This document shows, piece after piece, positions 29,642 to 39,781 of a stretch of DNA of 64,000 nucleotides. Where the stretch lies: the NCBI GenBank assembly GCA_022824265.1, contig JAJEAG010000059.1, positions 8,736-72,735 of the forward strand. The letters are read 5' to 3'. Positions within the stretch are counted from its first letter, which is position 1. Each line of letters starts with the position of its first letter. The DNA comes from Candidatus Poribacteria bacterium. Its GTDB lineage: Bacteria > Poribacteria > WGA-4E > WGA-3G. Under the pieces are notes generated by a model. The model worked only from the letters and a program-made list of their open reading frames with translations. It had not been told where the DNA came from and searched no databases. Made by a program: the position numbers and the translations under genes.

Positions 29642-29815
29642 CATCTGGAGTTAGTCCTGCATGGCGTAAAATAGTGCGTAGTGTCACAATCCGAACTTCA
29701 CGATTGATTTGGAACTATCACTGTACGCACCTCACCTTCGTTTTTACGGACAAACTTTACATGACTTCCACGTTGATGAATCACATTAAAACCTGCTCTT
29801 TCAAGTTTACGTTTA
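29642..29815 (-). pseudogene. hicA: hicA-like toxin gene, disrupted (frameshift plus stop at N-terminus)
   Basis: Minus-strand translation gives QIKRKLERAGFNVIHQRGSHVKFVRKNEGEVRTVIVPNQS*. A +1 frame continues HREVRIVTLRTILRHAGLTPDEFDQL*. Together these resemble HicA (GSH..F...G....VP.H..D.....L..IL.QAGL), but the reading frame is broken and there is no start codon. Confidence 0.55.
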
Positions 29816-30046
29816 ATCTGTCAATAGGATAGTGGTTTCATTAGTAGCGATTTTTGCCTTAAATTTGCGAAGTTTTGGAATCACGGTGGGGTGTGGTTCA
29901 TCAAAATATAGTTCTATAGCTTCTCTAAGGTTGTTGATTGCTTCGTCTTCACTCTTACCTTGACTTGCAACATCTACCTCCAAACATTGCGCAACAAACC
30001 ACCGTCCCTCTTGAGAAATACATGCTGTAAAGGGATAGGTTTTCAT
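29813..30046 (-). CDS. hicB: HicB family antitoxin
   Basis: 77 aa: ...EGRWFVAQCLEVDVASQGKSEDEAINNLREAIELYF matches the HicB/UPF0150 consensus. Confidence 0.7.
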   Translation of the reverse strand: MKTYPFTACISQEGRWFVAQCLEVDVASQGKSEDEAINNLREAIELYFDEPHPTVIPKLRKFKAKIATNETTILLTD

Positions 30047-30083
30047 TATAGTTCTCCTACTATTACGATATTTGTAGTGGAGT

Positions 30084-31229
30084 CTAAAACTTTAGCCCCA
30101 CACTAACACGGTGTGCGTCATTCAGGTGTCCAAAGTCAGCGAAGGCGTAATCAAATGATAGCATTGTTTCACCTAACTTTAGGTGTATACCTAAACCGAG
30201 TGTCAATCCCTCTTCATCATCTATTTGGTCAGGACCTAATCGGAATTTGTATCCCGCACGAATTGCTGCCATCTTTTTGTACCAGTATTCCATACCAATA
30301 TTGAGACGTTCACTGTTATCATTCGGATGGTTGCCATCAAGAGCGATAGTAAGCAGATTGCTTTCATCATCAATCAGGTCATAAGCAACTCCGAGACGGA
30401 AATTAGATGGAAGCGGGTATTCAACGGTATCCAATTCCGCTTTACGCGTTGGGTTCGTGGTATCTGGGTGGGGTGAATATTCGGCAATTTGTTCCTCTCC
30501 AGCAACTTCGTTACCAGTCTCAAGGTCGGGTCCACTAAAACTCATCTCTGGTCCGAAGTTTGAGAAGCACATTCCGATACGTAGGCTTCGCCAGCCTGTG
30601 TGATATAAAGTGCCGATGTCTATAGCAACACCTTTCGCACTTTCCCGATGAATCTGCTGATGAATATATTTTGCATTGATACCGAAGGAGAGGTTAGCAC
30701 CTGATTCTTTCTCATAAAGTTGTCTGGAATACGCTAACGAGACTGCCGTATCCCATGCAGAATACCAAAGTCCAGTGCCATCAGGTTTATCAAGCGTTGT
30801 GATTTCCGTATCAGGAACGTTGAGAAACGTGACACTTGCACCCAACGTGCCGACCTTCTCTATCGGTGTGGCAAACGCGAGATAGTTGTAACGGACATCC
30901 GCAAGCCATATCGTATGTGTATCTGAGAAACTGGTCTTCTTAAGTTGGTTGAGTCCGGCAGGATTCCAATAGATTGTGGTAACATCGTTAGCAATTGCTC
31001 CGAAAGTACCACCTAAGCTGTCCACCCGTGCCCCCGGTCCAATTTTGAGAAATTGTGCACCAGCAGTTCCAACATTTGTGGTTGCATAACTGGAAACGGT
31101 CAATGTAAATACTGAAGCGACCATAAGCAAGAATGAGAGAAAGGGAACATAGTAGCGAGGTCTATCAGCCTTTCGTCCCTTTGCAATTCTATGGTCTTGT
31201 GAATCTTGATATAAAATAGTATTGTGCAT
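30084..31229 (-). CDS. PorV/PorQ-like (UPF0164) outer-membrane beta-barrel protein
   Basis: Signal peptide, then GTAGAQFLKIGPGARVDSLGGTFGAIANDVTTIYWNPAGL, the PorV-family N-terminal signature. C-terminal residue F. Confidence 0.7.
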   Translation of the reverse strand: MHNTILYQDSQDHRIAKGRKADRPRYYVPFLSFLLMVASVFTLTVSSYATTNVGTAGAQFLKIGPGARVDSLGGTFGAIANDVTTIYWNPAGLNQLKKTSFSDTHTIWLADVRYNYLAFATPIEKVGTLGASVTFLNVPDTEITTLDKPDGTGLWYSAWDTAVSLAYSRQLYEKESGANLSFGINAKYIHQQIHRESAKGVAIDIGTLYHTGWRSLRIGMCFSNFGPEMSFSGPDLETGNEVAGEEQIAEYSPHPDTTNPTRKAELDTVEYPLPSNFRLGVAYDLIDDESNLLTIALDGNHPNDNSERLNIGMEYWYKKMAAIRAGYKFRLGPDQIDDEEGLTLGLGIHLKLGETMLSFDYAFADFGHLNDAHRVSVGLKF

Positions 31230-31255
31230 GTGTTTCTCCTCAAATCGTGTTACCG

Positions 31256-34252
31256 TTATCGTATGATTGCGAACCTTCCAATCTTATTCCCGATGACGTT
31301 ATTGCTTCCATCTTGTGCTTCAACATGGTAGATATAAACACCGCTTGCCAATGCCTGATTATATCGGTTGAGCAGGTCAAATTCAGTAGTTCCACCTTTG
31401 TCACCCTGTGCGAGACGTTCATCTTCGTTGAAGGGTGTTGCACTTTCATGTTTTAATTCTCGCACCAATTCACCAGCCAATGTATAGATTCGGATGGTAC
31501 ATCGCGGCGGTAGACGCATGAAATAGATTTTATCTGTTCCTTCAGTCTGTACTGCTCTATTGGTGACGAAATACGGGTTCGGCACAACACGAATATTTGC
31601 GAGATCTTCTTCTATATCATCAGCTTCAAGTGATTCGCCTTGTGTTGCGATCAGAATCTCGTCTCCATCCTGTGGTGCAGCAACGCCACCCATTTCAACT
31701 GTGAATACATCACCAGCGGAAAGTTCACCATTGGGATCAAAGATATAGACGTAGGCACCACGGATGAATATTCTAAAGTATCCTACCGTATCCTGTGGCA
31801 CATATTCATCACTCCAACCTGCCCCTGTCAAGATAGCATACCCATCAGCACGTTGGTCATTGAATTTGATTTCCTCCCCTGTATCTTCGTCCACCACCTT
31901 AACGTGTGTATCGTCTGTAAATGTGATGGAGTAGGTATGGGGACGATAGTAGGTAGCCCAAAAGATATTGGGCCAAGTATTTTCACCTGCCCCAGGAGAT
32001 TCTATCTTCACTGACCAGTCTGTGACGGTTCCTGCTGTTAGTTTAACATCATTGATTGGGTTTTCGTCGGGACTACCATAAGTTACGTCAACCCCTTTCA
32101 TATTCAAGATTATGCCATCAAACATTGGTGTACGTGCCTCATAAGCCTCAAAGTGGTTAGCATCATACCAGTCGAACGTTGTTTTTTCTACGACCGTTTG
32201 ATTCGTTGTAGTATCAATGATTTCGTAAGCTGGGGGTTGATGTCCAGGACCTGTGATATATGCCCCAGGTCCGGTCTGTTTAGCCCCATACCAAACAATC
32301 TTATATTGATTTCCCGTAACTTTGTTTGGGACTATCACCATTGGCTCTATGCTAACAGGAATAGCGTTTTGTTCCACATCAATGACCGGTTCTCTATAAC
32401 CTGCGGGATGCGCGCGTGGAACAACATGAACCATCGTTTCAATCTGGCTACTTTCCATCGCTGGTAATGCTTTTTTAGGGTTCCCTGTATCGTAAGAGGT
32501 GACTGCGTAGGTATACTGAATTCCGTTGGTTAAGTCTGTATCTGTATAGAAATTCTTGATGCCGACATCTTCCCCAAGAGCCTGTGATGGTGTGGAAACG
32601 ACGCGGAAAATGTCGCCTGCAACTGGCGGACCTGAAGGACCATCGGTTATTTTTACGTAGAGTCCACCGAAATAAATCTGCTCTCCAGAACGATATGTTC
32701 CATCTGGGTAGGGTTCTCCTGAATTCGGATCCTTTACGACAACATACCCACCACCATTTGCGGGAAATTCGGGATTATATGCCATAACTTCCCACAATGT
32801 CGTGTTAATCACCTCAAAACTTGTGCTGGAATTAAATTTGATGGCATAGGTAGCACTCTTAAAGAAATCAGCGAAAAAGGGTTCATCTCCCATGCTTTCA
32901 ATGGTGGCATCTGACTGCTTACCAACGTGTGAAACGGTGAAGAAATTACCGGTAGCACTCGGTTTGTCAAACTCCATCAACAATTCCCAGTCTTCAACAG
33001 GTTTTCCAGTGTTTTCATCATAAGCGGTATCTCGTCTATAAACTCTGTAGCCTTCAAAGATTTTTTCTGGATCGGTTACATCAACATACTCTTCAATACT
33101 TTTTTGGACACCGTTATCAACCCAACGTCCAGCACTTTCCCAAACAAGTGACACCTGTCCATCGGCAGGATAAGCCGCTACAAGAGGGGAAGGAGGCGGA
33201 GCTGGGGCAACATAATCATCGTCATATAACTTCTGTGCCCAGTCAGATGATGTTTGCAAACCCGCAAGTCCTTCACCGATTGCCACCGCGATGATGACGT
33301 TAAATGTTTCACCAGGGGCAAGTGTTTCAATCGGACCGTAGGATTGGATAAAACGCTGGTCATCGTAGTTTGCAGGAAGAGGTTCAACACCGGGAGTGCT
33401 GATTAACGCGTACATTTCCGCATCAGTTGTTGGATCTGTATCTATTGTAATTCGTTTGTGTGCAATAAAATTGATTTTTGCATCCGCATCTTCTGGATCC
33501 TCACCCATGTATGCATCTAAGACTCGCAGCCCGATGTAACCGGGGGCAGAGGCATTAGAGAAACCGTAAGAGAGGTACCGATTTGGGTGATCATCTGGGT
33601 TGAGACCGTCTGGTGTCTGATCGAGCGCGACGAAATCATCCGCTGAGTAACTTGCCGTTCCTGTTTCGTTACTGGAGATGTCTACATCATAGCGGAAAGC
33701 CATAAACACATCTTCAAGTGTGTCTTCTCCAACGTTTTTTACATTATATTCAAGTATAAAGAAGTCGTACAGCGGGGCGTAACTCCATTGGAATCCGCTA
33801 ACATCAAGTTCTAAGCCGAGGATCAACCCTTTATTTGCTTCAGGGTTGGTATCAGAACATTTGAATCTAATTAATTGGTTTGTCGGTGTGCCTTTTGATG
33901 TCACTCCTGGTTTCTTGGAAAGAATATCAACTAATTGACCAGTATCTGGATCTTCAATTGGAATTGGCCAGATTTCACTTTGTCTGCCATCTGCCTCAGC
34001 AACGCCAATCTCACCACCTTTTCTGGCACCAATCCAGATATCTCCTTCATAAATGTAAGAATCGTTAGTACCTGCGGGCCACCATCCTGACGGATTCTGT
34101 GAAGGGTTCCTGGGATACCCTACGACTGCAGTGTTGAAAATAGCAGAGGACATATTGCCGACATCAAGTGCTTTCCAATCCTCTCCTGCATTGACCAATA
34201 GTGTGCTAAATGTTAAAACCGTAAATAAAATACTATATCGCAGTATTTTCAT
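31256..34252 (-). CDS. large secreted protein (998 aa) with C-terminal T9SS-type / FlgD-Ig-like sorting domain
   Basis: Signal peptide. C-terminal ~100 aa VVPNPYF...IRIYTLAGELVREL...SGVYIYHVEAQDG...IGRFAIIR resembles the Por-secretion CTD. Adjacent to the PorV-like gene. Confidence 0.65.
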   Translation of the reverse strand: MKILRYSILFTVLTFSTLLVNAGEDWKALDVGNMSSAIFNTAVVGYPRNPSQNPSGWWPAGTNDSYIYEGDIWIGARKGGEIGVAEADGRQSEIWPIPIEDPDTGQLVDILSKKPGVTSKGTPTNQLIRFKCSDTNPEANKGLILGLELDVSGFQWSYAPLYDFFILEYNVKNVGEDTLEDVFMAFRYDVDISSNETGTASYSADDFVALDQTPDGLNPDDHPNRYLSYGFSNASAPGYIGLRVLDAYMGEDPEDADAKINFIAHKRITIDTDPTTDAEMYALISTPGVEPLPANYDDQRFIQSYGPIETLAPGETFNVIIAVAIGEGLAGLQTSSDWAQKLYDDDYVAPAPPPSPLVAAYPADGQVSLVWESAGRWVDNGVQKSIEEYVDVTDPEKIFEGYRVYRRDTAYDENTGKPVEDWELLMEFDKPSATGNFFTVSHVGKQSDATIESMGDEPFFADFFKSATYAIKFNSSTSFEVINTTLWEVMAYNPEFPANGGGYVVVKDPNSGEPYPDGTYRSGEQIYFGGLYVKITDGPSGPPVAGDIFRVVSTPSQALGEDVGIKNFYTDTDLTNGIQYTYAVTSYDTGNPKKALPAMESSQIETMVHVVPRAHPAGYREPVIDVEQNAIPVSIEPMVIVPNKVTGNQYKIVWYGAKQTGPGAYITGPGHQPPAYEIIDTTTNQTVVEKTTFDWYDANHFEAYEARTPMFDGIILNMKGVDVTYGSPDENPINDVKLTAGTVTDWSVKIESPGAGENTWPNIFWATYYRPHTYSITFTDDTHVKVVDEDTGEEIKFNDQRADGYAILTGAGWSDEYVPQDTVGYFRIFIRGAYVYIFDPNGELSAGDVFTVEMGGVAAPQDGDEILIATQGESLEADDIEEDLANIRVVPNPYFVTNRAVQTEGTDKIYFMRLPPRCTIRIYTLAGELVRELKHESATPFNEDERLAQGDKGGTTEFDLLNRYNQALASGVYIYHVEAQDGSNNVIGNKIGRFAIIR

Positions 34253-34317
34253 ATTTCCTTACCTCCAGGTTGCGGAGTGTGTGACGAACCGCACCCATAG
34301 AATTGTAGTTTGATATT

Positions 34318-34692
34318 TCAAGACGCATCTCGTAACGAATACGGTTGAATCAAAATATCCGCAGAAATACCGAGACCTTTGTGCAGACTTCGGATCATAT
34401 CCAAAGTCAAAGTGCGCTGTCGTTTCAAAACATCTGTCACGCATGATCGCGAACCAATATAGGGTTCAAGATCATGCTCTGATAGTCCCTGACTCTCCAT
34501 ACAGTGAAGGATCACATCAATTGGATCTGTTGGTGGAATAGGATGATGTTCCTCCTCATACACCTCTACGAGTGTTACCAGAATATCTAATTTATCACCT
34601 TCTGGAGAACCATAACTCGCGTCCCAGAGTTGATCTATTTTTTTCAGTGCATCTTCATAGTCAGATTCAGTTTTAATTGGTTTGATTTCCAT
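34318..34692 (-). CDS. higA: HigA family antitoxin (HTH-containing)
   Basis: Start MEIKPIKTESDYEDALKKIDQLW with SD taaggtga. It lies downstream of higB, and the C-terminal HTH region is typical. The track ORF is extended into higB. Confidence 0.7.
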   Translation of the reverse strand: MEIKPIKTESDYEDALKKIDQLWDASYGSPEGDKLDILVTLVEVYEEEHHPIPPTDPIDVILHCMESQGLSEHDLEPYIGSRSCVTDVLKRQRTLTLDMIRSLHKGLGISADILIQPYSLRDAS

Positions 34693-34702
34693 AACAATCA
34701 CC

Positions 34703-34996
34703 TTAGATCGTAGTAATATCAATCCTATCGTATTCTTGGTGAGTTCCAATAAATCGGATATAAACAATTCGATATTGATATTTTATTGCCACTACTAAAC
34801 GGTACGAATTTCCCTTAATATTGAATATCACGCGGTTGTTTGCGACAAAACTTGCGTTTTGATAAGCAGCCTTTATATCAGATGATGTTTTCCAATCTGC
34901 ACGTTTAACTTTAGCATACCAGGCTTGAAGTGGTCTCTCAGCATCAGGATGTTTCATCCAAAATTCCCTCAAAGTACGCCGCGATATTATTCTCAT
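34703..34996 (-). CDS. higB: HigB toxin (RelE/ParE superfamily mRNA interferase)
   Basis: MRIISRRTLREFWMKHPDAERPLQAWYAKVKRADW...NNRVIFNIKGNSYRLVVAIKYQYRIVYIRFIGTHQEYDRID is a near-textbook HigB. Confidence 0.8.
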   Translation of the reverse strand: MRIISRRTLREFWMKHPDAERPLQAWYAKVKRADWKTSSDIKAAYQNASFVANNRVIFNIKGNSYRLVVAIKYQYRIVYIRFIGTHQEYDRIDITTI

Positions 34997-35043
34997 GCGT
35001 GTATTATACCATTAATTGCCGATTGACACTTCAATAAATATAA

Positions 35044-36900
35044 TCATTGTGTTTCTGCGATTGTAAAAATCCTATATCTTTGTTTCTTACCACCGCCTAC
35101 ATCTACCTCACCTTCAATATACAGCGGATATTTGTATTCCGTTTCTGTAACAGAGAATAGGTATGGAATTGCGCCAGCCTGCCGTGCTTCTCTCGCTTTC
35201 TTTTCAAGATCACGTAACTCATCCTCGTTAGTAGTTTTGACCAAATATGTTGATCTGTCAGCATAATACATCAAATCAAAATGTGCTCCTGTACGGTTTT
35301 CATCAAGAAAAAAGCAAGCATTTTTTGGCATCTCTTGTTGAATACGTTTACCACTGACAACATACAAAGGAATTTGCTCATTACGTTCTGTAACCTTATA
35401 TGCACCCTCAACATAACTCACTGTATAAAATATAGTGATGAAGAGTGCTGCATAACGAACACCAGTCCATACCCATCTTTGCCAATCTCTTTGACGTATT
35501 AGATAATATATTCCTGTAAATAGTCCGAGTAAGACCCCAAATCCGATGAGTTGTTCAGTTATCCAGAAATGTCTATGCATAAATGGTGCGAAACTTTTGA
35601 TCCAATCAATCGGAAGAACGTTGCGAATTTGGACACGTCCGTTAGTTCTCGTTGCTAAGGTAGTGATGAGAACAATAGACAGCATTGATGCACCCCAGAT
35701 TGACGTGTAAAACCAATCTTTACGTTGCCATGCCAGGCTGATAATCACAGCAAGACAAATGAGCAGGGGTGGCACAGCAATCATTGTCGCTGACGGTGTT
35801 TTCGTTTGAGCGAGTGTGTGTGGAACAATAACCCCAATTGCCCATGCTAACACGAATAATACGGGCAACTTCCATCGTTTGAACATCAACACAAGCAGAC
35901 ACAACACAATAGCAAAAAGGGCAGCATAAAAAAATGGATAAAATAGCGGCATATATTCAAATAACGGTCTATCCCAACTTGCCTTCCATCCTTCAATATT
36001 TGTATTTAGATGCTCAAGAACACGTCTGTGTTCCCATATATATTCCCGAGGATATCTTATCAAACAATAGATTGCCCAAGGTGCGACAGTGCCGATTCCA
36101 ACAAGAAGGAGTAACCCAACGTCTTTGAGTCGAATTCTCGCCTCTTCTTCATGTGAATTTGCGTCCTCCGGCTCTTCCGTTTCAATCTTATTCATACTAT
36201 CAGAGGATTTCCTAAGTGTTAGAATTCTCTGTTTTCCCCATTTTACAAACCAAACGACAAACGCGATACCGAAAGTTATTAGTGCCAGATAACTTTTTGA
36301 GAGATAGGCAATGCCCATTGCCACTCCCGATAGGATGTAATTCCTCCTTTTACCTGTCCGAATTGCACGTAGCAAGAACCAACATGATACTTGAACCCAA
36401 AGCAGCAGTGCAATGTCAATATGATCAGAAAACCGATAACCGTGAACAGATGCGAAAAGAAACGGATTAAATGCCTGAAAAAATGCTGCGATGAGACCTG
36501 TCCGTTTATCAAACAGATCCGAAGCGATTCTAAATGTCAACCATGCTGACAGCACCAGACTTAAAGCAGATGGCAAACGTAGTGCAAAAGCGTTAATCCC
36601 AAGTATAAAATGTGAAAGGCAAATTTTCCACATGGCAACTGGTGGTTTATGAAGCCAAATGTGGTTATTTCCCCAATGTTTGTAATCATATTCAAGCCAA
36701 GGTTGATCGTAGAGTGTGAACTTTAGCGGATGTTTCGTTAGATTTCGCGCGACAATGGCATGAAATCCTTCATCCCAAAAGTGAATCTTGCTGTGTCCAA
36801 GGTTGCGTAATACTAAACTAAAGGATGCAATCAGAATACAACATAGGATAATTTTTATTGAAATAGCTTCACTTTTTTCTTGTAAATTCTCTGATATCAT
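35044..36900 (-). CDS. GT39/GT83-like membrane glycosyltransferase (ArnT/PMT-like), 618 aa
   Basis: Multiple TM helices; an N-terminal loop with FWDEGFHA (DE-containing, as in PMT/ArnT family); a C-terminal soluble domain. Confidence 0.55.
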   Translation of the reverse strand: MISENLQEKSEAISIKIILCCILIASFSLVLRNLGHSKIHFWDEGFHAIVARNLTKHPLKFTLYDQPWLEYDYKHWGNNHIWLHKPPVAMWKICLSHFILGINAFALRLPSALSLVLSAWLTFRIASDLFDKRTGLIAAFFQAFNPFLFASVHGYRFSDHIDIALLLWVQVSCWFLLRAIRTGKRRNYILSGVAMGIAYLSKSYLALITFGIAFVVWFVKWGKQRILTLRKSSDSMNKIETEEPEDANSHEEEARIRLKDVGLLLLVGIGTVAPWAIYCLIRYPREYIWEHRRVLEHLNTNIEGWKASWDRPLFEYMPLFYPFFYAALFAIVLCLLVLMFKRWKLPVLFVLAWAIGVIVPHTLAQTKTPSATMIAVPPLLICLAVIISLAWQRKDWFYTSIWGASMLSIVLITTLATRTNGRVQIRNVLPIDWIKSFAPFMHRHFWITEQLIGFGVLLGLFTGIYYLIRQRDWQRWVWTGVRYAALFITIFYTVSYVEGAYKVTERNEQIPLYVVSGKRIQQEMPKNACFFLDENRTGAHFDLMYYADRSTYLVKTTNEDELRDLEKKAREARQAGAIPYLFSVTETEYKYPLYIEGEVDVGGGKKQRYRIFTIAETQ

Positions 36901-37139
36901 CAGTTCTGCAATATACCTATCTAAAGTCCTTGTGTATCTTGTAATTCTATCTCTAATTTATGAATTCAAGATTCAGAGTTTTCAGAGTCAGACGAAAAAT
37001 GTCGGAATATTGTCATGTGCTACGACCCCTTATTATGACTGAATTAATGGGCTATTTATGACAATATAGGTCAGAAATGACTCTGAAAATTTTGAATTTT
37101 TCATCGTAGAATTCTACTGTTCTAAAGACGCGTGTTTTA

Positions 37140-37775
37140 TTACATCTTATCACCAATGTTTTGGAATAAAATAACCATCCCAATTCCACCAATGACCATT
37201 AGTACCCCCATTATAACATAGAAAATACAAGTAGTGAGTTTTATTGGACCGGATGAAAGGTGAAAATGGTCATTCATTTTAGTGACTATTTCTTTTAGTA
37301 GTGCACGGTGTTCGCGCTGTTTAATCTTAATCATTCCTGATCCTAACCACGACTGTACGGACACCTGTAAATCTGCCTCAATAGAGGTCAACCGCATAGT
37401 AGATAGGGTTTCTTCATAAGGCAACTGCTGTTTTTCAAGAGCATCAAGGAGTGCTTCACGGAATGATGTATCGGTAACGCCATAAGCAACATACCCCTTC
37501 AATGCAAACCACATCATTACAAGAACAACTATAAATATCGCGGGATTTAGCCATTGCATGATATTCATATCAGGTGGCGAAAAAAATAGAGGTTGCAAAA
37601 TCAATGGTATAAAAATAATAAATATCATCCAAAGCAACCATTTATTTGAAACTAAGAAAGGTCGTTTGGTTATGATGCCTCTCAGCCCAATTACTAAGAA
37701 AAAAGCAGCCATTGTCCCGAACATAATTGGGAATACAATTATATACATTTGGACAATATCGAAATCACTACCCAT
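37140..37775 (-). CDS. hypothetical integral membrane protein
   Basis: 211-aa ORF with ~5 hydrophobic helices; no motif recognised. Confidence 0.5.
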   Translation of the reverse strand: MGSDFDIVQMYIIVFPIMFGTMAAFFLVIGLRGIITKRPFLVSNKWLLWMIFIIFIPLILQPLFFSPPDMNIMQWLNPAIFIVVLVMMWFALKGYVAYGVTDTSFREALLDALEKQQLPYEETLSTMRLTSIEADLQVSVQSWLGSGMIKIKQREHRALLKEIVTKMNDHFHLSSGPIKLTTCIFYVIMGVLMVIGGIGMVILFQNIGDKM

Positions 37776-37822
37776 CTATCTTCTCCAAAGGTTTAGTTGA
37801 AATTCCTCTATTATGTATAGAC

Positions 37823-38824
37823 TTAGACCCATCCATCTTCAATCATCAGTGTTAATGGTGATTCCATCTCTTCCATAGGCAACTGAATCCGCTGTCTTTT
37901 CCGAGATGACTCGTAGATTGCCATAAGTAGTTCAAGGGTCGCGTAACCACAATGACCGCTTGAACGATGTTCTCTATCTTCCTCAATTGCATTGATGAGG
38001 TCTCGCACGGGGGTAATTCCTGGTGGTAGTTCCGGCGTTTCCCATGCCCCACCTGTCTCCTGATTTCGGTAACGGATTCCTGGACCACCGGGAGCGGCAA
38101 GTTCTATTTCACCCTCTGTACCGTAGCAGTAAATATGGTGATAACCTGGTGCGGTATCGTTACCCGATTCTATGATACCGCGAACATTATCCTCAAACTT
38201 GAAGTAGCCGACCGCGAAATCCTCGGAGTGCAGATCGTATTTAGTGGGTGTACCGATGCGTTCAATTTGTCCGATTACCCAACTGACAGGGCAGTCGTCG
38301 TGGAGATATAGCATAAGGTCTACGGTATGTGTTGCGTTGTCCTTGAGGTCGCCGCCACCACAGATGCCGTGAATACGGAAGATGTCACCGATTGCACCGT
38401 CTATAATCATCTGTCTTGCGTGTTGATAAGGGGTACTAAACCGTACTTGATGGTCAATTGCTAACTTTACACCGTTTTGTGCGCAGGACTCAAGCATCGC
38501 CTTTCCTTGTCCGAGATTTTCTGCCATCGGTTTTTCGGATAGTATGCCTTTGACCCCGTGTTTTGCTGTTTCAATTACGAGTGGCGCATGGTGTTTCGGA
38601 CGCGTACAGACTGAAACGAGATCAATTTCTTCAGTCTTAAGCATTTCGATGTAATCGGTGTACTGTTTTTCGACTTCATACTTTTCTCCATAAGCATTAA
38701 GCCGTCCTTCATCAATATCTGCAATTGCGGTAATCTCTGCTCTCGGTTCGTTCACATACCATCCTGCGTGCATGTGGGAAATCCCACCGCATCCGATGAT
38801 TGCAACCTTATATATTTTGTCCAT
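37823..38824 (-). CDS. Gfo/Idh/MocA family oxidoreductase
   Basis: YKVAIIGCGGISHMHAGW Rossmann N-terminus; 333 aa. Confidence 0.85.
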   Translation of the reverse strand: MDKIYKVAIIGCGGISHMHAGWYVNEPRAEITAIADIDEGRLNAYGEKYEVEKQYTDYIEMLKTEEIDLVSVCTRPKHHAPLVIETAKHGVKGILSEKPMAENLGQGKAMLESCAQNGVKLAIDHQVRFSTPYQHARQMIIDGAIGDIFRIHGICGGGDLKDNATHTVDLMLYLHDDCPVSWVIGQIERIGTPTKYDLHSEDFAVGYFKFEDNVRGIIESGNDTAPGYHHIYCYGTEGEIELAAPGGPGIRYRNQETGGAWETPELPPGITPVRDLINAIEEDREHRSSGHCGYATLELLMAIYESSRKRQRIQLPMEEMESPLTLMIEDGWV

Positions 38825-38869
38825 TAAAATACCTCTTTTTTGTTCGTTGATAAGTTCAGGGAATATGAA

Positions 38870-39697
38870 CTACAAACCAGATTCGTTGATTTTATTGAAG
38901 ATATCTGTCCCTAAGTCGACTAATTCTTTTCGGATTTCATCCCAATCGTCTCTGTCATTTTTACCTTTGTCAAGAATAGGAAATATCACCGTTGTTTGTG
39001 AAGATGTATCTTTGTACTCATAATCGTATTCTGATTCTGGGAACAATTCCATGATCTTATCCCGTCGTTCAAAATGATTAGGACTTAAGAAGTACAGTCT
39101 AATATAACATTGCTGTTTGTTAAGATATAAGCAAATTTGAACCTTGCGAATTGTTTTCATAATCCAACGTTCATCCCTAATAGGTATAGGTTTTCCAACA
39201 AAGAGTTCGCCGAATTTTCCCTCACGGATGGGTTCCCAAAATTCGCTGTACACAATATCCCCTTTCTTTTCAGTTTGGATATCTATTGCAGGTCGCGAAA
39301 TATGATTAAAAAAGAGTTCACTGTGTGAATTTGCTTGCGCTTGAATTAAATACCAATTGACATTACTGTCTTCATTGCGGAGATTACACGTAACGATCAT
39401 CAGTTCTTCAAAGTCTTCAGCGACCAAAACTGCGACATCAGCCTCCTTCAACCGTGCGTAAGCCTCAAGTCTACCCCAGTGATCCCAATCTGCTTTACCA
39501 AACTGGTTTTCGACTACAAGGATCCCATCCTCGCCAACAGCTACAATGTCTGCTCGCCGCGTACCGACGTTGGCTTCTGTCTCGGCATCTTCAAACTTAC
39601 CGACGTTGAGTGCAGCCAGCGTATTGGCGAGGTCCGATGAAAATTCCTCTTCTCGTGTATATATATCTGATAGTGGTATAGTTTGTTGAAGATTCAT
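38870..39697 (-). CDS. hypothetical protein, possibly PD-(D/E)XK-nuclease-like
   Basis: 275 aa. RADIVAVGEDGILVVENQFGKAD resembles a D...(E)xQ/K nuclease core. Assignment is tentative. Confidence 0.5.
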   Translation of the reverse strand: MNLQQTIPLSDIYTREEEFSSDLANTLAALNVGKFEDAETEANVGTRRADIVAVGEDGILVVENQFGKADWDHWGRLEAYARLKEADVAVLVAEDFEELMIVTCNLRNEDSNVNWYLIQAQANSHSELFFNHISRPAIDIQTEKKGDIVYSEFWEPIREGKFGELFVGKPIPIRDERWIMKTIRKVQICLYLNKQQCYIRLYFLSPNHFERRDKIMELFPESEYDYEYKDTSSQTTVIFPILDKGKNDRDDWDEIRKELVDLGTDIFNKINESGL

Positions 39698-39781
39698 TTA
39701 AGTTCCTACTTGATATGACAATTATTGATCATGATTAATATTGAGATGCTTTCCATCCTTCACTACTTTTAACACGTATCA

